Shown: positions 1 through 11,529, counted from the stretch's first letter. The stretch: DNA of 64,000 nt from an uncultured Actinomycetes bacterium (GCA_963799625.1 CAWCXU010000013.1:36939-100938); one strand, 5' to 3'. The notes: generated from the letters alone by a model not told the origin. Program-made: numbers and translations.

Positions 1-502
1 TCAGCGCGAGCACGACGAAGCCTCCGTTGTTGTAAGCGAACCGCTCGCCGGGCGCCGACACCTGCGGATGCCCGTCGAGTATCGAGAGGTAGTCCTCCGT
101 CGACGCGAGGGTGTGGACGGGCACGGGCATCAGGTACGCCTTGACGTCGGTCATCGTGTCCTCGTCGAGGTAGTCGCCGATCCCGGATCGATGCGCTAGC
201 AGGTGCTCGACCGTGACAGCGCCATCGATCAGCGGCAGATCGTCACCGAGGACCGAGTGCGCGGTCGTGTCGAGCGCGAGGCTGCCGTCCTCCACAAGAG
301 ACATCACCACGAGCGCCGTGAAGCCCTTCGCGCCACTCGCGAGCGCGAATCGGGTTCCCACGGTATTCGGCACCTCGCGGCCGCGGTCGGCAAGCCCGAA
401 TGCCTGCGCGACGAGCGTCTCCGCTCCTCGGTCCACCCGCACCACGCCGGAGAACGCGGTGCGTTCTGCCTCGGCCGCGATCGCGTCATGCAGGTCCGCC
501 AT
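1..502 (-). CDS. Serine hydrolase, beta-lactamase/PBP-like family (3' end outside window)
   Basis: Manual translation: MADLHDAIAAEAERTAFSGVVRV...FALASGAKGFT (SxxK)...LLAHRSGI...GERFAYNNGGFVVLAL (YxN). Confidence 0.85.
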   Translation of the reverse strand, partial: MADLHDAIAAEAERTAFSGVVRVDRGAETLVAQAFGLADRGREVPNTVGTRFALASGAKGFTALVVMSLVEDGSLALDTTAHSVLGDDLPLIDGAVTVEHLLAHRSGIGDYLDEDTMTDVKAYLMPVPVHTLASTEDYLSILDGHPQVSAPGERFAYNNGGFVVLAL

Positions 503-651
503 GGCCCGACCCTATCCGTGTTGGCGCTCGGTCGTGCCCCAGCACATCCGCTCAGCCCGGACAGAACACTCCGGTGTGGTGCCACAGCGTGCGGCTATGT
601 TCCTGGAGGGCCGCCTACCTGCTTTCTACTGCTGGCGTTCATGGGCGCACG

Positions 652-1170
652 CTACGCCGTCGAGCTGGCGCTCGCATCCCGAGCGAGGTCGAGTCGAAGC
701 ATGATCTCGCGGCTCCCGTCGTCGTCCTCGTGGACGCCGTCGCGGACGAACCCGTACCGCTCGTAGAACGGGATCGGGCTGCCCTCGCCCTCGCCGGCGC
801 TCGTCCACATCGTCGGGACCCCCTTCGAACGGAAGTACGCCGCGACGAGGTCGAGCGCGGCGGTGCCGAACCCGCGTCGCTGGAACCGTTCGTCGATCAG
901 GAGCTTCCAGAGGAAGTGCGCGATGTAGTCGGGATCGTCGACCTCGTCGGCGATCATCACGAACCCGACGGGCGTCTCCCGGTCGTACAGCCCGAAGACG
1001 AGCGGGTTCGCGTCCGCGTACCGCTCCGCCTCGGCGAGCGAGTCGGTGACGCTGCTGACGAAGGCCCGTTGCGCAGTCGCGACGCGGAGCGCCTCGAGCG
1101 CCGGGCGATTCTCCTCGGTGAGAGGTCGGAGCACGACGTCGCCGTCGCCGAGCGGTTCCTCGGTCGTCAT
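652..1170 (-). CDS. GNAT N-acetyltransferase (spermidine/BltD-like)
   Basis: LLIDERFQRRGFG acetyl-CoA motif, FYERYGF. Confidence 0.88.
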   Translation of the reverse strand: MTTEEPLGDGDVVLRPLTEENRPALEALRVATAQRAFVSSVTDSLAEAERYADANPLVFGLYDRETPVGFVMIADEVDDPDYIAHFLWKLLIDERFQRRGFGTAALDLVAAYFRSKGVPTMWTSAGEGEGSPIPFYERYGFVRDGVHEDDDGSREIMLRLDLARDASASSTA

Positions 1171-1397
1171 GCGTGCAACCTACGGGGTCGGACCGGGCAG
1201 TGCATCACGAGGGCATCGACACGACCAGCTGCAGCCCTTCGATCGAGCGCCCGGAAGATCGTCGACTCGGCCATATGTTCGATCGTATGCGAGCGCGATG
1301 ATGCAGGCACACTCGTTGTAAGCACGGTCCACGTCTGGTGCGTAGCCGCAGCAGAGAGCACGCCGGGTTGGGCGAGGGTTGCTCAATGTCCCTCGAG

Positions 1398-1417
1398 CGC
1401 GAACCGGAAGGTTCGCG
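1398..1417. terminator. Hairpin, possible terminator of the 1433-2173 gene
   Basis: CGCGAACC-GGAA-GGTTCGCG, 8-bp stem just past the stop. Confidence 0.4.
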
Positions 1418-1432
1418 AGGCTTAGAGCGACG

Positions 1433-2173
1433 TCAGCCCTGTCCACGGATGAGCCGTAGGCCGGTGACAACGAGCCAGACGAGCCACGCAGCTAAGCCCA
1501 GAAGCCCGACGAACAGCAGTGGCGAGCCATCCGCGATGGCGAGGTTTCCGGCCCCGGCCAAGATGAGCAAGCTGCCGCCCGCCACGCCTAGCAGCCGCTG
1601 CCACGGCCGCGTCAAACCGCTGGCGTGGGTGGCCAATGCCGCGCCGATGAAGGTCGCCCCGAGCGCGGGCAGCGCGAGCGCGAAGGCCGCGGCATGGAGC
1701 TGCCAGGCCATCTCGAAGGCGGGGGTCGGCTCGGCCAGGCCATCCGCGGCGAGCACGACCGCGATGTGCGTGGTCATGACGAGGGCGGATACCGCCGCGA
1801 GTGTCGCTCCGGCTGCCACCGCGAGCCGCGACCAGTCAGCCCCTGCGCCGCCACGGCGCTGCACGAGCCCGTGCAGTCCCGTGACGAACAACAGGAGCAG
1901 CGGCAGGATCACGGCCTCCAGACCCACGGAGACGGCCACGACGCCCCGGTTCTCGGCGTGGTAGGCGAGGACCTCACCAAGAGGCGTGGCGTAGGTGGGC
2001 GCTTCAGGGCCCACAAAAAACACCGCGTTCTGAACGACCACCGACGCGGCTAAGGCGACCGCGGCGGCGCCGACGATTCGCGTCGTGGACACCCGGTTCC
2101 CCGCGGCCACTGCTGGTGTCGCTGCCTCGCTCACTCGAGTTCCTCCGATCGCTGACTTGGTGTCTGTGTTCAC
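1433..2173 (-). CDS. Multi-pass membrane protein (DUF4386-like)
   Basis: About 6 hydrophobic helices; start uncertain. Confidence 0.7.
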   Translation of the reverse strand: MNTDTKSAIGGTRVSEAATPAVAAGNRVSTTRIVGAAAVALAASVVVQNAVFFVGPEAPTYATPLGEVLAYHAENRGVVAVSVGLEAVILPLLLLFVTGLHGLVQRRGGAGADWSRLAVAAGATLAAVSALVMTTHIAVVLAADGLAEPTPAFEMAWQLHAAAFALALPALGATFIGAALATHASGLTRPWQRLLGVAGGSLLILAGAGNLAIADGSPLLFVGLLGLAAWLVWLVVTGLRLIRGQG

Positions 2174-2402
2174 CTAAGTGGGAGTGAAGCAGCCAGCCCG
2201 GCTTACGGATTGCTCGGACTGGGCGGCTGCATCATATGCACTTGGACCTGCATCGCCTGCTGGACCTTCACGAACGCTTTGCCCAGGTGGTTCTCGATCA
2301 GTTCAAACAACTCTGTGGTGCGCGAGCGTCGCCTTCCTTGAGGAGCGCCGCGGGTCGTCCCATTCGGATCGACACACGGTCTTCCAGTCCGAGTGTCTAC
2401 GA

Positions 2403-2534
2403 TCACGGGGCGGCCGTCGGGACCGTCTGCGACGGCTGAGGGCTCGTCGTCCCGGACGCGAGCGCGCTCACGAACAGAGCGACCATCGCGATCACGGTGA
2501 TGATGATGACCCAGCGCACGGTCCTCGGATTCAT
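2403..2534 (-). CDS. Small single-TM protein (43 aa), below ORF-track cutoff
   Basis: MNPRTVRWVIIITVIAMVALFVSALASGTTSPQPSQTVPTAAP; GGAGG upstream; follows the S9 peptidase. Confidence 0.55.
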   Translation of the reverse strand: MNPRTVRWVIIITVIAMVALFVSALASGTTSPQPSQTVPTAAP

Positions 2535-2556
2535 GTGCCGTACCGCTCCTCCCGAG

Positions 2557-4492
2557 TCAGAGATACCTTCCGAACCAGTCGAGGATCCGCTCGAGCCGGT
2601 CGATGCGCCGGTCGGGCCGGCCGTTCACGAACATCACGTGGTACTCCCCCGGGTATCGCACCATCTCGGCCGTGACGCCCGCCATACGCAGCGCCGTGAA
2701 CGCGATCTCGGAATGGATCGGAGGGCACCGCAGATCGCCCTCGGACACGAGCAGCAGCAGCGGCGCCGAACTGCGCGTGATCCGGAACACGGGACTCCGG
2801 GCATGCCACTTCGCAACGTCGGGCCACGGCGGCAGACCCATGCCTTCCTCGATGTCCTCGGCGGAGTCGCCGGCCCCGTAGTCGGCCATCACGGTCGTGA
2901 AGGGGTTCTCGCTCACACCGGCCTTGAACCGGCCCGGGAAGTTCGCAAGGAGCCAATGCACCATGAATCCGCCGTAGGACAGCCCCATCACGCCCATCCG
3001 CGAGCGGTCGACGAGCCCGTCGCGCACGAGTCGGTCGATCAACGCGAAGATGTCCTCGCTGTCCGGATCGCCCCACACGCCGTCCAGCGCCCTCGCGAAC
3101 CCCTCGCCGTAGCTGATCGATCCGCGCGGGTTGGGCCGGAGCACGTGGTAGCCGCGTGCTGCAAGAGCGAGATCCTCGAACCGCGAGACCGGACCGAACG
3201 CGTCGAACGGCCCGCCATGAGGACGCACGATCAACGGTCGTGCACCCCGGCCGGTCTTCGCGCGCACGAGCCACCCGTCGACGTCGGGCAGCGTCCGGCG
3301 CTTCACCGTGACGCGCTCCGCCTCCTGCCGGTACGGGGCGAACCACCGGCCGGTCCCCCGTGGGATCCGGCGGAGGCGGCCCTCCTCGACCTCGTGCACC
3401 TCGCCGACGTCACCGTCCACCGAGGCGATCGACGAACACTCGGCCGTCGGCCACGCGGAGCATGACGCAGCCGGCCGACACGCCGGGGGCGAGGCACTCG
3501 GCCGAGCCGTCGAGTCCGAGCCGCCACGGGAGCGAGATCCCTCGTTCGGACGCGATCGCCACGACGTGGTCGTCGTCCAGCCATGCGAGGCACGGCCCGT
3601 CGGCGTCGGCGGTCAGCTCGCTGTACCCGGCGGGGGCAAGGAACAGGTCGCGCCCGGCCGCGAGCTGCACGACCTCACGGCCGCGGCGCACCCACGCGCC
3701 GATGGTCTGCCAGGCCGGTACCCGTGCCTGCCACCCGCGCCAGACGATGCCGTGCCGTCCCCAAGCGGCTTCGATCACGACGTGCCCTTCCGGGCTCACG
3801 CGGGACGGGTTCCCGCCGCCGGCCGGTATCGACCACACCTGCGGGTGGTCCGCGATCGTCCGCTCGGGGCGGCGGTCGCCGACGAAGGCGATGCGCGTCC
3901 CGTCCGGCGACCACGACACACCGCTCGCACCATGTTCGGGCGACGTACGGCGGACCGGAGTTCCGCCGCCGGAGGGAACGGTCCAGACAGCGTCGTGTTG
4001 GTCGAGCACACCTGTGCCGTCGTAGCGCCACAGGACGTCGCGGATCACGCGACCGGTGGGGTCTTTGTCCTGTGCGCGCTCGCCGATCAGATACCGCTCG
4101 ACGCCTGAGGCCGCCGTCAGCGCGATCGTTCGGCCGTCGGGTGACCAGGCACCCGATGAGACACCGTCCTTGAGCTCGGATAGCCTCCGCGCTTCGCCGC
4201 CTCCCATCGGGAGCACCCATGGCTGCGGCTTCTTCGAGCCCTCGCGATCGGAAACGAAGAGCACCGAGGAGCCATCGGGTGAGATGCGCGGCGCCCCGTC
4301 AACCGCCTTCGTGGACGTGAGGCGCTCGGGGCGCCCGCCGACGGTTGGGACCCTCCACAGGTGGGCAACGTACGTGCCGTCGCGAACCTCGCGCCGCGCG
4401 AACACGATCGTTTCGCCGTCGGGAGAAACGTCGAACCCTGTGAGCGCCTGCTGTTTGGAGACGATGTCGGGACCTATGCGGGCCGTGGGCAC
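2557..4492 (-). CDS. S9 family peptidase (acylaminoacyl peptidase-like), frameshift at ~3430
   Basis: N-terminal SPDG propeller repeats (ORF 3410-4492); C-terminal HGGP, GLSYGG, EGDLRCP, GEYH triad (ORF 2557-3420). Confidence 0.88.
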
Positions 4493-4575
4493 GAGAGCCT
4501 CCTGTGAGTCGGACGCAGCTATCCAAGCATGCGGTGCTGGAGGCCGCCTTCAGCGCTGCCAGGAGGGTCCCGAAC

Positions 4576-4983
4576 TCAGTCTTTGAAGTCGGGCTGGCTC
4601 TTCTCGAGCATCCGGAGCAGCGCCGCCCAGTGCATCCGGCCCCAGTCGCGCATCCCGTCGCCGGAGAACTGGCCGCGCGTCTTCTCGATCGTGTCGGTCG
4701 GTATCGGCGTCGGTTTCCCGAGCCCGGACGCGAGCACCTGCAGCTGCGCCGCCTTCTCGAGCATGTAGAGGTCATCGATCGCGGCGCCGAGCTCCCGGCC
4801 GGCGACCAGGATCCCGTGGTGACGCAGGAACATCACGTCGTGGGTGCCGAGCACCTTCGCGAGCCGCTCCCCCTCGTCGAGGTCCGCGAGGCCCTCGTAC
4901 CCGCGGGGGAGCACCTCGATGAGGAGGGCATCGTCCTCGTGGACGAGCCGCTGCGCTTCATCCACGCCGATATTGGTTGGCAT
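4576..4983 (-). pseudogene. Chimera: rhodanese-like N-terminal stub fused to the C-terminal half of a class II aldolase/adducin
   Basis: MPTNIGVDEAQRLVHEDDALLIEVLP, then YEGLADLDEGERLA...FLRHHGILVAG...DLYMLEKAAQLQ. Confidence 0.65.
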
Positions 4984-5032
4984 CCTCGTGATGTTCCCAT
5001 CAGCGCGCCGTTCGAAAGATGCTTGTTTCACC

Positions 5033-5428
5033 TCAGCCTGTGGACGCCGTCCGAGCTCGCCGGAGCCAGGCGAGGTCCGCACGAACAACGGCGACGGAGA
5101 GCAGGAGGAGCGCGAACGCGTTCAGCGGGTGTAACGCCGCGAGCACCGACGACGTGTCGCGCAGGTTGACCAGCAACACCTGGACGAAGATGTCCAGCAT
5201 CAGAAGCAGCGTGAGGATCAGCTCCCGCTTCCGGAGCCGTGCGAGCAGCGCCGTGATCAGCAGCAACGGGATACCGAACTCGAACAAGGAGTAGCCCACG
5301 GCGGCGTGCAGATCGGAGTTTTCGACGGCCCCGAACAAGAAGAGCCCGATCAAGAAGGGCTGCACCACGATCCCAGCGAGGACAACGCACGAAACGACGA
5401 GATGTGCGATGCGGAACCCATGCGTCAT
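5033..5428 (-). CDS. 4-TM membrane protein (DUF6220-like)
   Basis: VVQPFLIG, LHAAVG and ALHPLNA motifs. Confidence 0.72.
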   Translation of the reverse strand: MTHGFRIAHLVVSCVVLAGIVVQPFLIGLFLFGAVENSDLHAAVGYSLFEFGIPLLLITALLARLRKRELILTLLLMLDIFVQVLLVNLRDTSSVLAALHPLNAFALLLLSVAVVRADLAWLRRARTASTG

Positions 5429-5561
5429 CGCCGTCCGCCCCTTCACCCTCGGTCGTCACATCGCTGCGGCTCGGAGCATCGCACCCATCGGCGCCCTCGC
5501 GCACGGGTGTCTCCACCCCTAACCTAGGAACGGCGTGCATGCCCCTGCCGCGGCCCCACGA

Positions 5562-5600
5562 GCGATCTCCACATAGTGGAACTCGGTTCTGATATCTGGA
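5562..5600. repeat. 39-bp palindromic dispersed repeat, copy 1
   Basis: 34/39 identical to 60594-60632. Confidence 0.75.
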
Positions 5601-5926
5601 ACAGCCCGAGAACACGTAGACGGACCGCGCCCAGCCCGAACCCCCGAGCCGCCGCCCTCAGTTGATCCGTCGACGGATCAGCCACATGGCGAGCAGGACG
5701 AGCCCGGTCGCCACCGGCGTTCGGAACCGTCCGAACGCCGGTCGACCAGGCTCCGATGCGCAAAGGGCTCGCGATCAGCCTGGCGAACACGGTGATCTCC
5801 TGGGAGCCGCGGCCTACCGGTTCTCGCGACGCGACGTCGCGGGCTGATCGACGTCTCTCCCGCGAGCATGCGCCGTTCCAGGCCTTGTGATATTCCTCAC
5901 GTCCGACCTGACGAGAGGGGCTCTCC

Positions 5927-8523
5927 ATGACGAGCGATGATCAGGCGCGGGAGACGGGGTCCGACCCCGGGTCCCTGTCACGACGTTCGTTCCTGGCGCT
6001 TTCTGCCGCGGCCGCCGCAACGGTCGTGCTGCCCGGCATCGACACCCCGGCGGAGGCGGCGCAGGGCAACTGCCAGCCCTTCCTGACGCCGCCCGACTAT
6101 CTCGGCATCGTTCCCACCACCACGCAAGTCCTCGGCTTCGAGGCCGGTCGCCGGGAGGTGACGACCGCTCAGTGCTATCAGTACCTCGACGCCGTCGCGG
6201 CGGCGAGCGACCGGGTGAGGGTCGGCGTCGTCGGTCACTCCTCGGTCGGGCGCGAGATCCGCTACGCCATCATCGGCCGGCCCGAACACGTCACGAACGC
6301 CGGTCTCGAAAAGGTCAGGCAGGCGCATTACGAGATCGCCGACCCGTCCACGACCCAAGCGCGCGTCAATCACCTCGCCGAGACGACACCGGCGTTCCTC
6401 TGGGTGTGCGGCAATATCCACGGCGACGAGGAGAGCGGCGCGGACGCGATCGTCTCGCTCGTGTACGGCCTCGCCGATCGCGACGACTGCGTCGTGAACC
6501 GGCTCCTGAAGAACGCCGTGGTGGTCGTCATCCCGATCCAGAACCCCGACGGGCGAGCGCTCGATACCCGCAGCAACTACTACGCGTTCGACCTCAACCG
6601 CGATCACTTCGGCCGCACGCAGCCCGAGACGGACGGCAAGATCCAGTTGATGCGCAAGTACCCGCCACTGGTGCTGACCGACCATCACGAGTTCGGGTAC
6701 TACCGTTCGTTCTTCCCGCCGACCGACGATCCCGTCTATCACGAGGTCACGAACCGGCAGATCCACGACATCTACAACGTCTACGGACCGGTCATGGCCA
6801 AGGAGTTCCAGCGGCGCGGCTGGCACTACTTCAACCAGGGCTACGGCTACGACTTCTTCTCGCCGATCTTCACCGACACCCTGACCTCGTTCGGCTTCCA
6901 GGGGGCCGGGATGACGGTCGAGGTCTACGACGGCGCCCCGATCTACCAGCGGTGGAACCGCCATCACACCGTCATGTGGGTCACGCTCGCGGCGGCCGCC
7001 GCGCGCAGCCGCACGCTGCATCTGGATCGGCACACGGCGTCGGTGGAGGCGGTGCAGCAGGGGCGCAAAGGTGACCTGCTGCCGAACCGTGTCTACGAGC
7101 CGGAGAACAACGTGCGCGTCAAGGTGCCGGATACGCCGGTACGTCACTACTTCATCCGCGCCGACCGGCCGGAGTCGCTCGCCGAGTCGAAGCGGCTCGT
7201 CCGGAAGCTCCAGCGCATGGACGTCCAGGTGCACCGGCTGACACACCCCCTGACGGTGCCCGACTATCGACCCCACCGGGAGAAGCCACGCCGTGAGACC
7301 CTGCCGGCCGGCACGTTCTGGATCCCGATGGCCCAGCGTCAGAAGCACTGGGTCCAGGCGGCGATGAACGAGGACACCTTCGTCCCGATCAACCAGGCCT
7401 ACGGCCTCACCGGGTTCAGCCTGGCGCTCCTGTCCGGCGCGGCCACCGGCTGGTCGGGTGCGACGCTCGATCCGCGCGCGAAGCTCGCTCCGCCGATGCC
7501 GCAGCCGTCGCCGCCGAAGCACACCGGTCGCATGCCGAGGATCAAGATCGTGTGGGTATCCGAGGGCTCGTTCTACTCGTGGCAGGGAACGCGGTGGCTC
7601 CAGTACCTGTTCGACCACGAGTGGGGTGGGATCCCGTACCAGGTCATCGACCCGCAGGACGTCCGCCAGGGCGCACTGCACGGAACCGATGTGCTGTGCT
7701 TCCCGGCGGGCGGAGCCCCTGCCATGCTCGGGCGTCTGGGCCACAAGGGCCAGCGAGCGATCGTCGACTGGGTCAACCGAGGCGGTCGCTACATCGGGTG
7801 GCGATGGGGCGGCTCGCAGCTCCCGTGGGCGCTGGGCCTGTCGAGCGCCCGATACGGGTTCCCGAGCATCTCGCTTCGCGACATCCTGATCCGCGCGCAT
7901 CTGAACCCGTCGAGCCCGCTGACGAGGAAGGCCGGCAAGGAGGCGTGGTTCGTCTACGACGGTGACCTGCTGATGTGGAAGAAGCCCACGGGGAACGCCC
8001 TCGCGGCGTGGTTCCCCAAGCACCAGGGCGGCGGCATCGAGGTCAATGGCTACCCCGGAGGCACCCGGCTGCTGGTCGGCACGGGGGTGGTGGCCGACGA
8101 GCGGGCGGGCCGCGGGCGCGTGATCACCTCCGCACTCGACCCGAACTACCGAGACGAGTCGGTCGGCTCACGGAAGATCCTGTGGAACGCCCTGTTCGGG
8201 CCCGACCCACACCGCAGATCGGCGGCAGCGGTCACGTACGACGCGAACGAGGTGGCGCGGCGGATCCGCAGCTCATCGACGACGCGACGATCAACGCCTT
8301 GCTTATCAGCGTGCCCCCCGGCGACGCCGCCGCGGCTCGATCGGTTCTCGCGTCGTTCGGCTCCGAGGTACACAGGGTCCCGACGTTCGATCACGAGGCC
8401 GTACTCCTCGCCGTGGACAACCCGGACGTCCAGTCGTTCGAGCAGCACCCCTTCGCGAGGGAAATCCCGGGCGCGCTTCAGGGCGCAGGCATCGAGATGC
8501 TTGGGTTCCGCGCACCGGAGTAG
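5927..8523 (+). CDS. Tat-exported M14 zinc carboxypeptidase with GATase-like domain, frameshift at ~8270
   Basis: SRRSFLAL Tat motif; IHGDE (HxxE), NRD, DHHE; probable C-terminus in the 7975-8523 frame (...MLGFRAPE). Confidence 0.85.
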
Positions 8524-8739
8524 CGGTTCCCGCGAACCCGATCCGCCGTGAATAGAGGCTCCGGTGCTCGTCCTCGTAGAGCGTGCGTAAGTCGCGGGAG
8601 CGCCCCGTGGCCTCATGAAGCTGCACGACCTCACCCTCTGCCTGCATCACCATCTACGATGCTCGGACCTTGTCAAACGCTTAGGCCCGCCCGCTCGCGG
8701 ACAGGAGCAGGAGGGGACGGCGCGTTGTAGGTTCTCTGC

Positions 8740-9783
8740 GTGAGACTCATCGTCTCGGCTCTGCTCGGCATGCTCGCACTGATCGTCCTGTCCATCGGCG
8801 GGCTGGTGGTCGCCGGATTGATCCGCCGGTTCCAGATCTGGCGAACGCGTCATGAACTGGAACGCATGGGTTTCCTGGTGAGCTTGCCCTCCGCGCGCGA
8901 GACCCACCCGATCTGGCCACGTTTGGGAGCCGGGCTCGCCGGATTGGGCGCGTTGATCGTCGCGACGTCGTTGCTCCCCGGCGGACCATTGGGTCGAACG
9001 CTGGCATCGACCGCCGCTTCGCCGCTCCCGAGCGCGCCGATCCACGCTCCCGTCGTCCCGCCAGGCACGAACCCCGGCTCCGAGCACCCCCCATCGGAAG
9101 AGCCGGCGACCACACATGGCGCCGGGAGTGCCCCGGCATCACCGGCCTCGTCGGCCTCACATGCGACGGATGCAGGAAGCGACGCAGGGGCGCCGTCGAC
9201 CGTGACCGCTCTCCCGACGTCGGCAACGGCGATCCAGCTGCAGTGGGCGCCGGTCAGCGGTGCGGCCCGCTATGACGTCGAGCGATCGACCGACACCGTG
9301 ACTTGGAAGGCTGTCGCCCACACAGGCGGGAAGCAAACACTATTCACGGACGGGGAGCTGTCCTCGGGGACGACGTACTACTACCGCGTCGCCGCCTTCG
9401 TGGACGGCGAGGACGTCTTCCGCTCCGACGTGGTCTCTGCCACGACGACGGTAGTCACACCGACCGCGCCCGTGTTGCTCCCGGCGACGAGCTCGGCCAC
9501 ATCCATCGATCTGGGATGGAGCGACGTTGACGGTGAACTCGGGTACCGGATCGAGCGATCACCGGACGGAACCAGCGGGTGGACCGTGATCGGGACGACC
9601 GGCCAGGGCCTGACCTCCTACACGGATGCCGGCTTGGCCTCCGCGACCACGTACTACTATCGCGTCGTCGCCGTGACGTCGAACGGCGAGTCGCCCCCAT
9701 CGGCAGTGCTGCCCGCCACCACCACGGATCCAGGCGGCCCGTCGACATCGGAACCCAACACCGCCCAGTTCGAAACCCCGTAG
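8740..9783 (+). CDS. Membrane-anchored protein with two fibronectin type III repeats
   Basis: Two TM segments, a Pro/Ser linker, and two repeats containing W...ERS.D...TTYYYRV. Confidence 0.85.
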   Translation: MRLIVSALLGMLALIVLSIGGLVVAGLIRRFQIWRTRHELERMGFLVSLPSARETHPIWPRLGAGLAGLGALIVATSLLPGGPLGRTLASTAASPLPSAPIHAPVVPPGTNPGSEHPPSEEPATTHGAGSAPASPASSASHATDAGSDAGAPSTVTALPTSATAIQLQWAPVSGAARYDVERSTDTVTWKAVAHTGGKQTLFTDGELSSGTTYYYRVAAFVDGEDVFRSDVVSATTTVVTPTAPVLLPATSSATSIDLGWSDVDGELGYRIERSPDGTSGWTVIGTTGQGLTSYTDAGLASATTYYYRVVAVTSNGESPPSAVLPATTTDPGGPSTSEPNTAQFETP

Positions 9784-9810
9784 GTTCCGTAGGACGTCTC
9801 CGTCGACGAC

Positions 9811-10289
9811 CTATCCGGTCGGCGACGGGGACGGCAGCGGTTCGCCTGTGGCCACGTCCCACATCTGCTCGCGGATAGCGTTGAGGAAGATGCCGGAGCC
9901 ATCTGGTGACCAGTTGAGGTGCGCACTCGCCCCGAGGCAGCATCGGGGTTGCTGTCCGAGCTTTCTCAGGCCCGAACGTCATCTGGATGGATGAGCCAAA
10001 CCTGCAGAACGAACGGATCGCCCCCTCCGTGGTAGTTCGGATCGGCGGGGTCCCGCAGGAACGCGATCGTGGTCCCGTCAGGCGAAAGCTTGGGCAGGAG
10101 TCCACGTGTCAGGGCGACGGGAGAACCATCCTCCCCGACGACGAAGATCGTCCCGCCCCTTTCGTAGACGCGAGAGAGGCCGGATGCTGTCGGAGGCGTT
10201 GCGCTCGATGAGCCAGGCGGGGACGACGCGTTCGAGGTGCAACCGACCAGTACCGACACGAGCAGGATCGAGATCGAAAGGCGCTTCAT
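9811..10289 (-). CDS. Lipoprotein with TolB/PD40-like repeats, frameshift at ~9978
   Basis: LVGC lipobox; LSPDGTTIAF; alternative frame continues GLRKLGQQPRCC...NWSPDGSGIF...WDVATG to a stop at 9811. Confidence 0.65.
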
Positions 10290-10384
10290 GGTCTGGCCTC
10301 CTAGCCCTCGTCACGACTTCATGAGCCATGGACGCCTTCCGCGGCGGGAACGTGTAGAGAGACTCGAAGATCCGAACCCGTCTG

Positions 10385-10627
10385 TTATCGAGGCAGGTCT
10401 GCGCTTGGCGGGTCGCCCGCGAGCTGTCTCACGGCCTGGCCGTAGGTCCAGAAGGACGTCAGTCTGCGCTCCGCGGCAAGCATCTCGATCACGTCGGCGG
10501 GGAGATAGTCCGAGCTATCTCTCAGCGCATCGAACGACGGCGAGGGCTCGGCCATCCCCTTGCGAACCCATTCGCGGAACCTTCGTTCCAGCTGGTCTAT
10601 GTCCGTCTGGAGTTCGGCGGTCGCCAT
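10385..10627 (-). CDS. Small hypothetical protein (80 aa)
   Basis: MATAELQTDIDQLERRFREW...; fills the gap; preceded by a GCCGATAC element. Confidence 0.55.
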   Translation of the reverse strand: MATAELQTDIDQLERRFREWVRKGMAEPSPSFDALRDSSDYLPADVIEMLAAERRLTSFWTYGQAVRQLAGDPPSADLPR

Positions 10628-10668
10628 ACATGGGGTATCGGCGGGCGGGTGGCGTTCTGGAGGGCGAG

Positions 10669-11529
10669 CTAGATGAAGAGCGGCGTCAGGGAGTGACGCT
10701 GCACGAGCTCGTTCATCCGTTCGTCGCTCGGGCGCTCCCCGGAGAACTCCTCGGCTGCCGACAGCACCAGCGGCAGGAGGTTCACATCGCCGACCGTGTT
10801 GAGGAACACTCCCTCGCGGCCGAGCACCCAATGCACCGCAAGGTCGATGTCCGCCTGATCGGTGAGTGGCTCATACCACGTCGACGCCGTCTGCCGGCGG
10901 CCATCCCAGGGCGCCAGCGCGATCGACTTGATCGTCTGTAAGGCGACCTTTCTTTCTGCGCAGATCGCAGCCAGCGCCTCGAACTCTGCCGCATAGCGTT
11001 CGTCCTGCATCTGCCGGAAGTTGTACGGGAGCAGCACCGAGTCGAACGGGAATCGCGCGAGCGAGCGACGGTGCATCGCTGCGATCGAGAGGCCATGCCC
11101 GGTGACGCCGATGAAGCGAACGAGTCCTTCTTCACGCGCCTCGACCACTGCCTCCAGGGCGCCACCTTCGCGCAGCGCGAACTCCCACTCGATCACGTCG
11201 GCCAGGTTGTGCAACTGCAGGAGGTCGACGTGGTCGACACCCAGCCGATCGAGGGAACGGTGGAGTTCTTCCTTCGCCCCCTTGTAGTCTCGCGCGTCCG
11301 TCTTCGTGGCGATGAAGAACGCGGTCGGATTCCGCTTGAGCCACGACGCGATCCGCAGCTCAGAGTCACCATAGGATGCCGCCGTGTCGATGTGATTCAC
11401 GCCGTGCTCCAGGAGAAGATCCAGCGTTCGCTCGGCGTCTGCGTGGGAAACACTGCCGAGCGCCGCCGCACCGAAGATCGTGCGAGCGCTCTCGTGGCCG
11501 GTCCCACCGAACGGCGCCTTTGCGATCAC
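10669..11529 (-). CDS. Aldo/keto reductase
   Basis: [31 protein letters not shown]; GTG start overlaps the CDGSH gene stop (GTGA). Confidence 0.92.
   Translation of the reverse strand: MIAKAPFGGTGHESARTIFGAAALGSVSHADAERTLDLLLEHGVNHIDTAASYGDSELRIASWLKRNPTAFFIATKTDARDYKGAKEELHRSLDRLGVDHVDLLQLHNLADVIEWEFALREGGALEAVVEAREEGLVRFIGVTGHGLSIAAMHRRSLARFPFDSVLLPYNFRQMQDERYAAEFEALAAICAERKVALQTIKSIALAPWDGRRQTASTWYEPLTDQADIDLAVHWVLGREGVFLNTVGDVNLLPLVLSAAEEFSGERPSDERMNELVQRHSLTPLFI

Noticed and set aside
5562-5600. 39-bp repeat as an ANTAR dual-hairpin target
   Set aside because: The loops do not form A1/G4 hexaloops with proper closing pairs on either strand.
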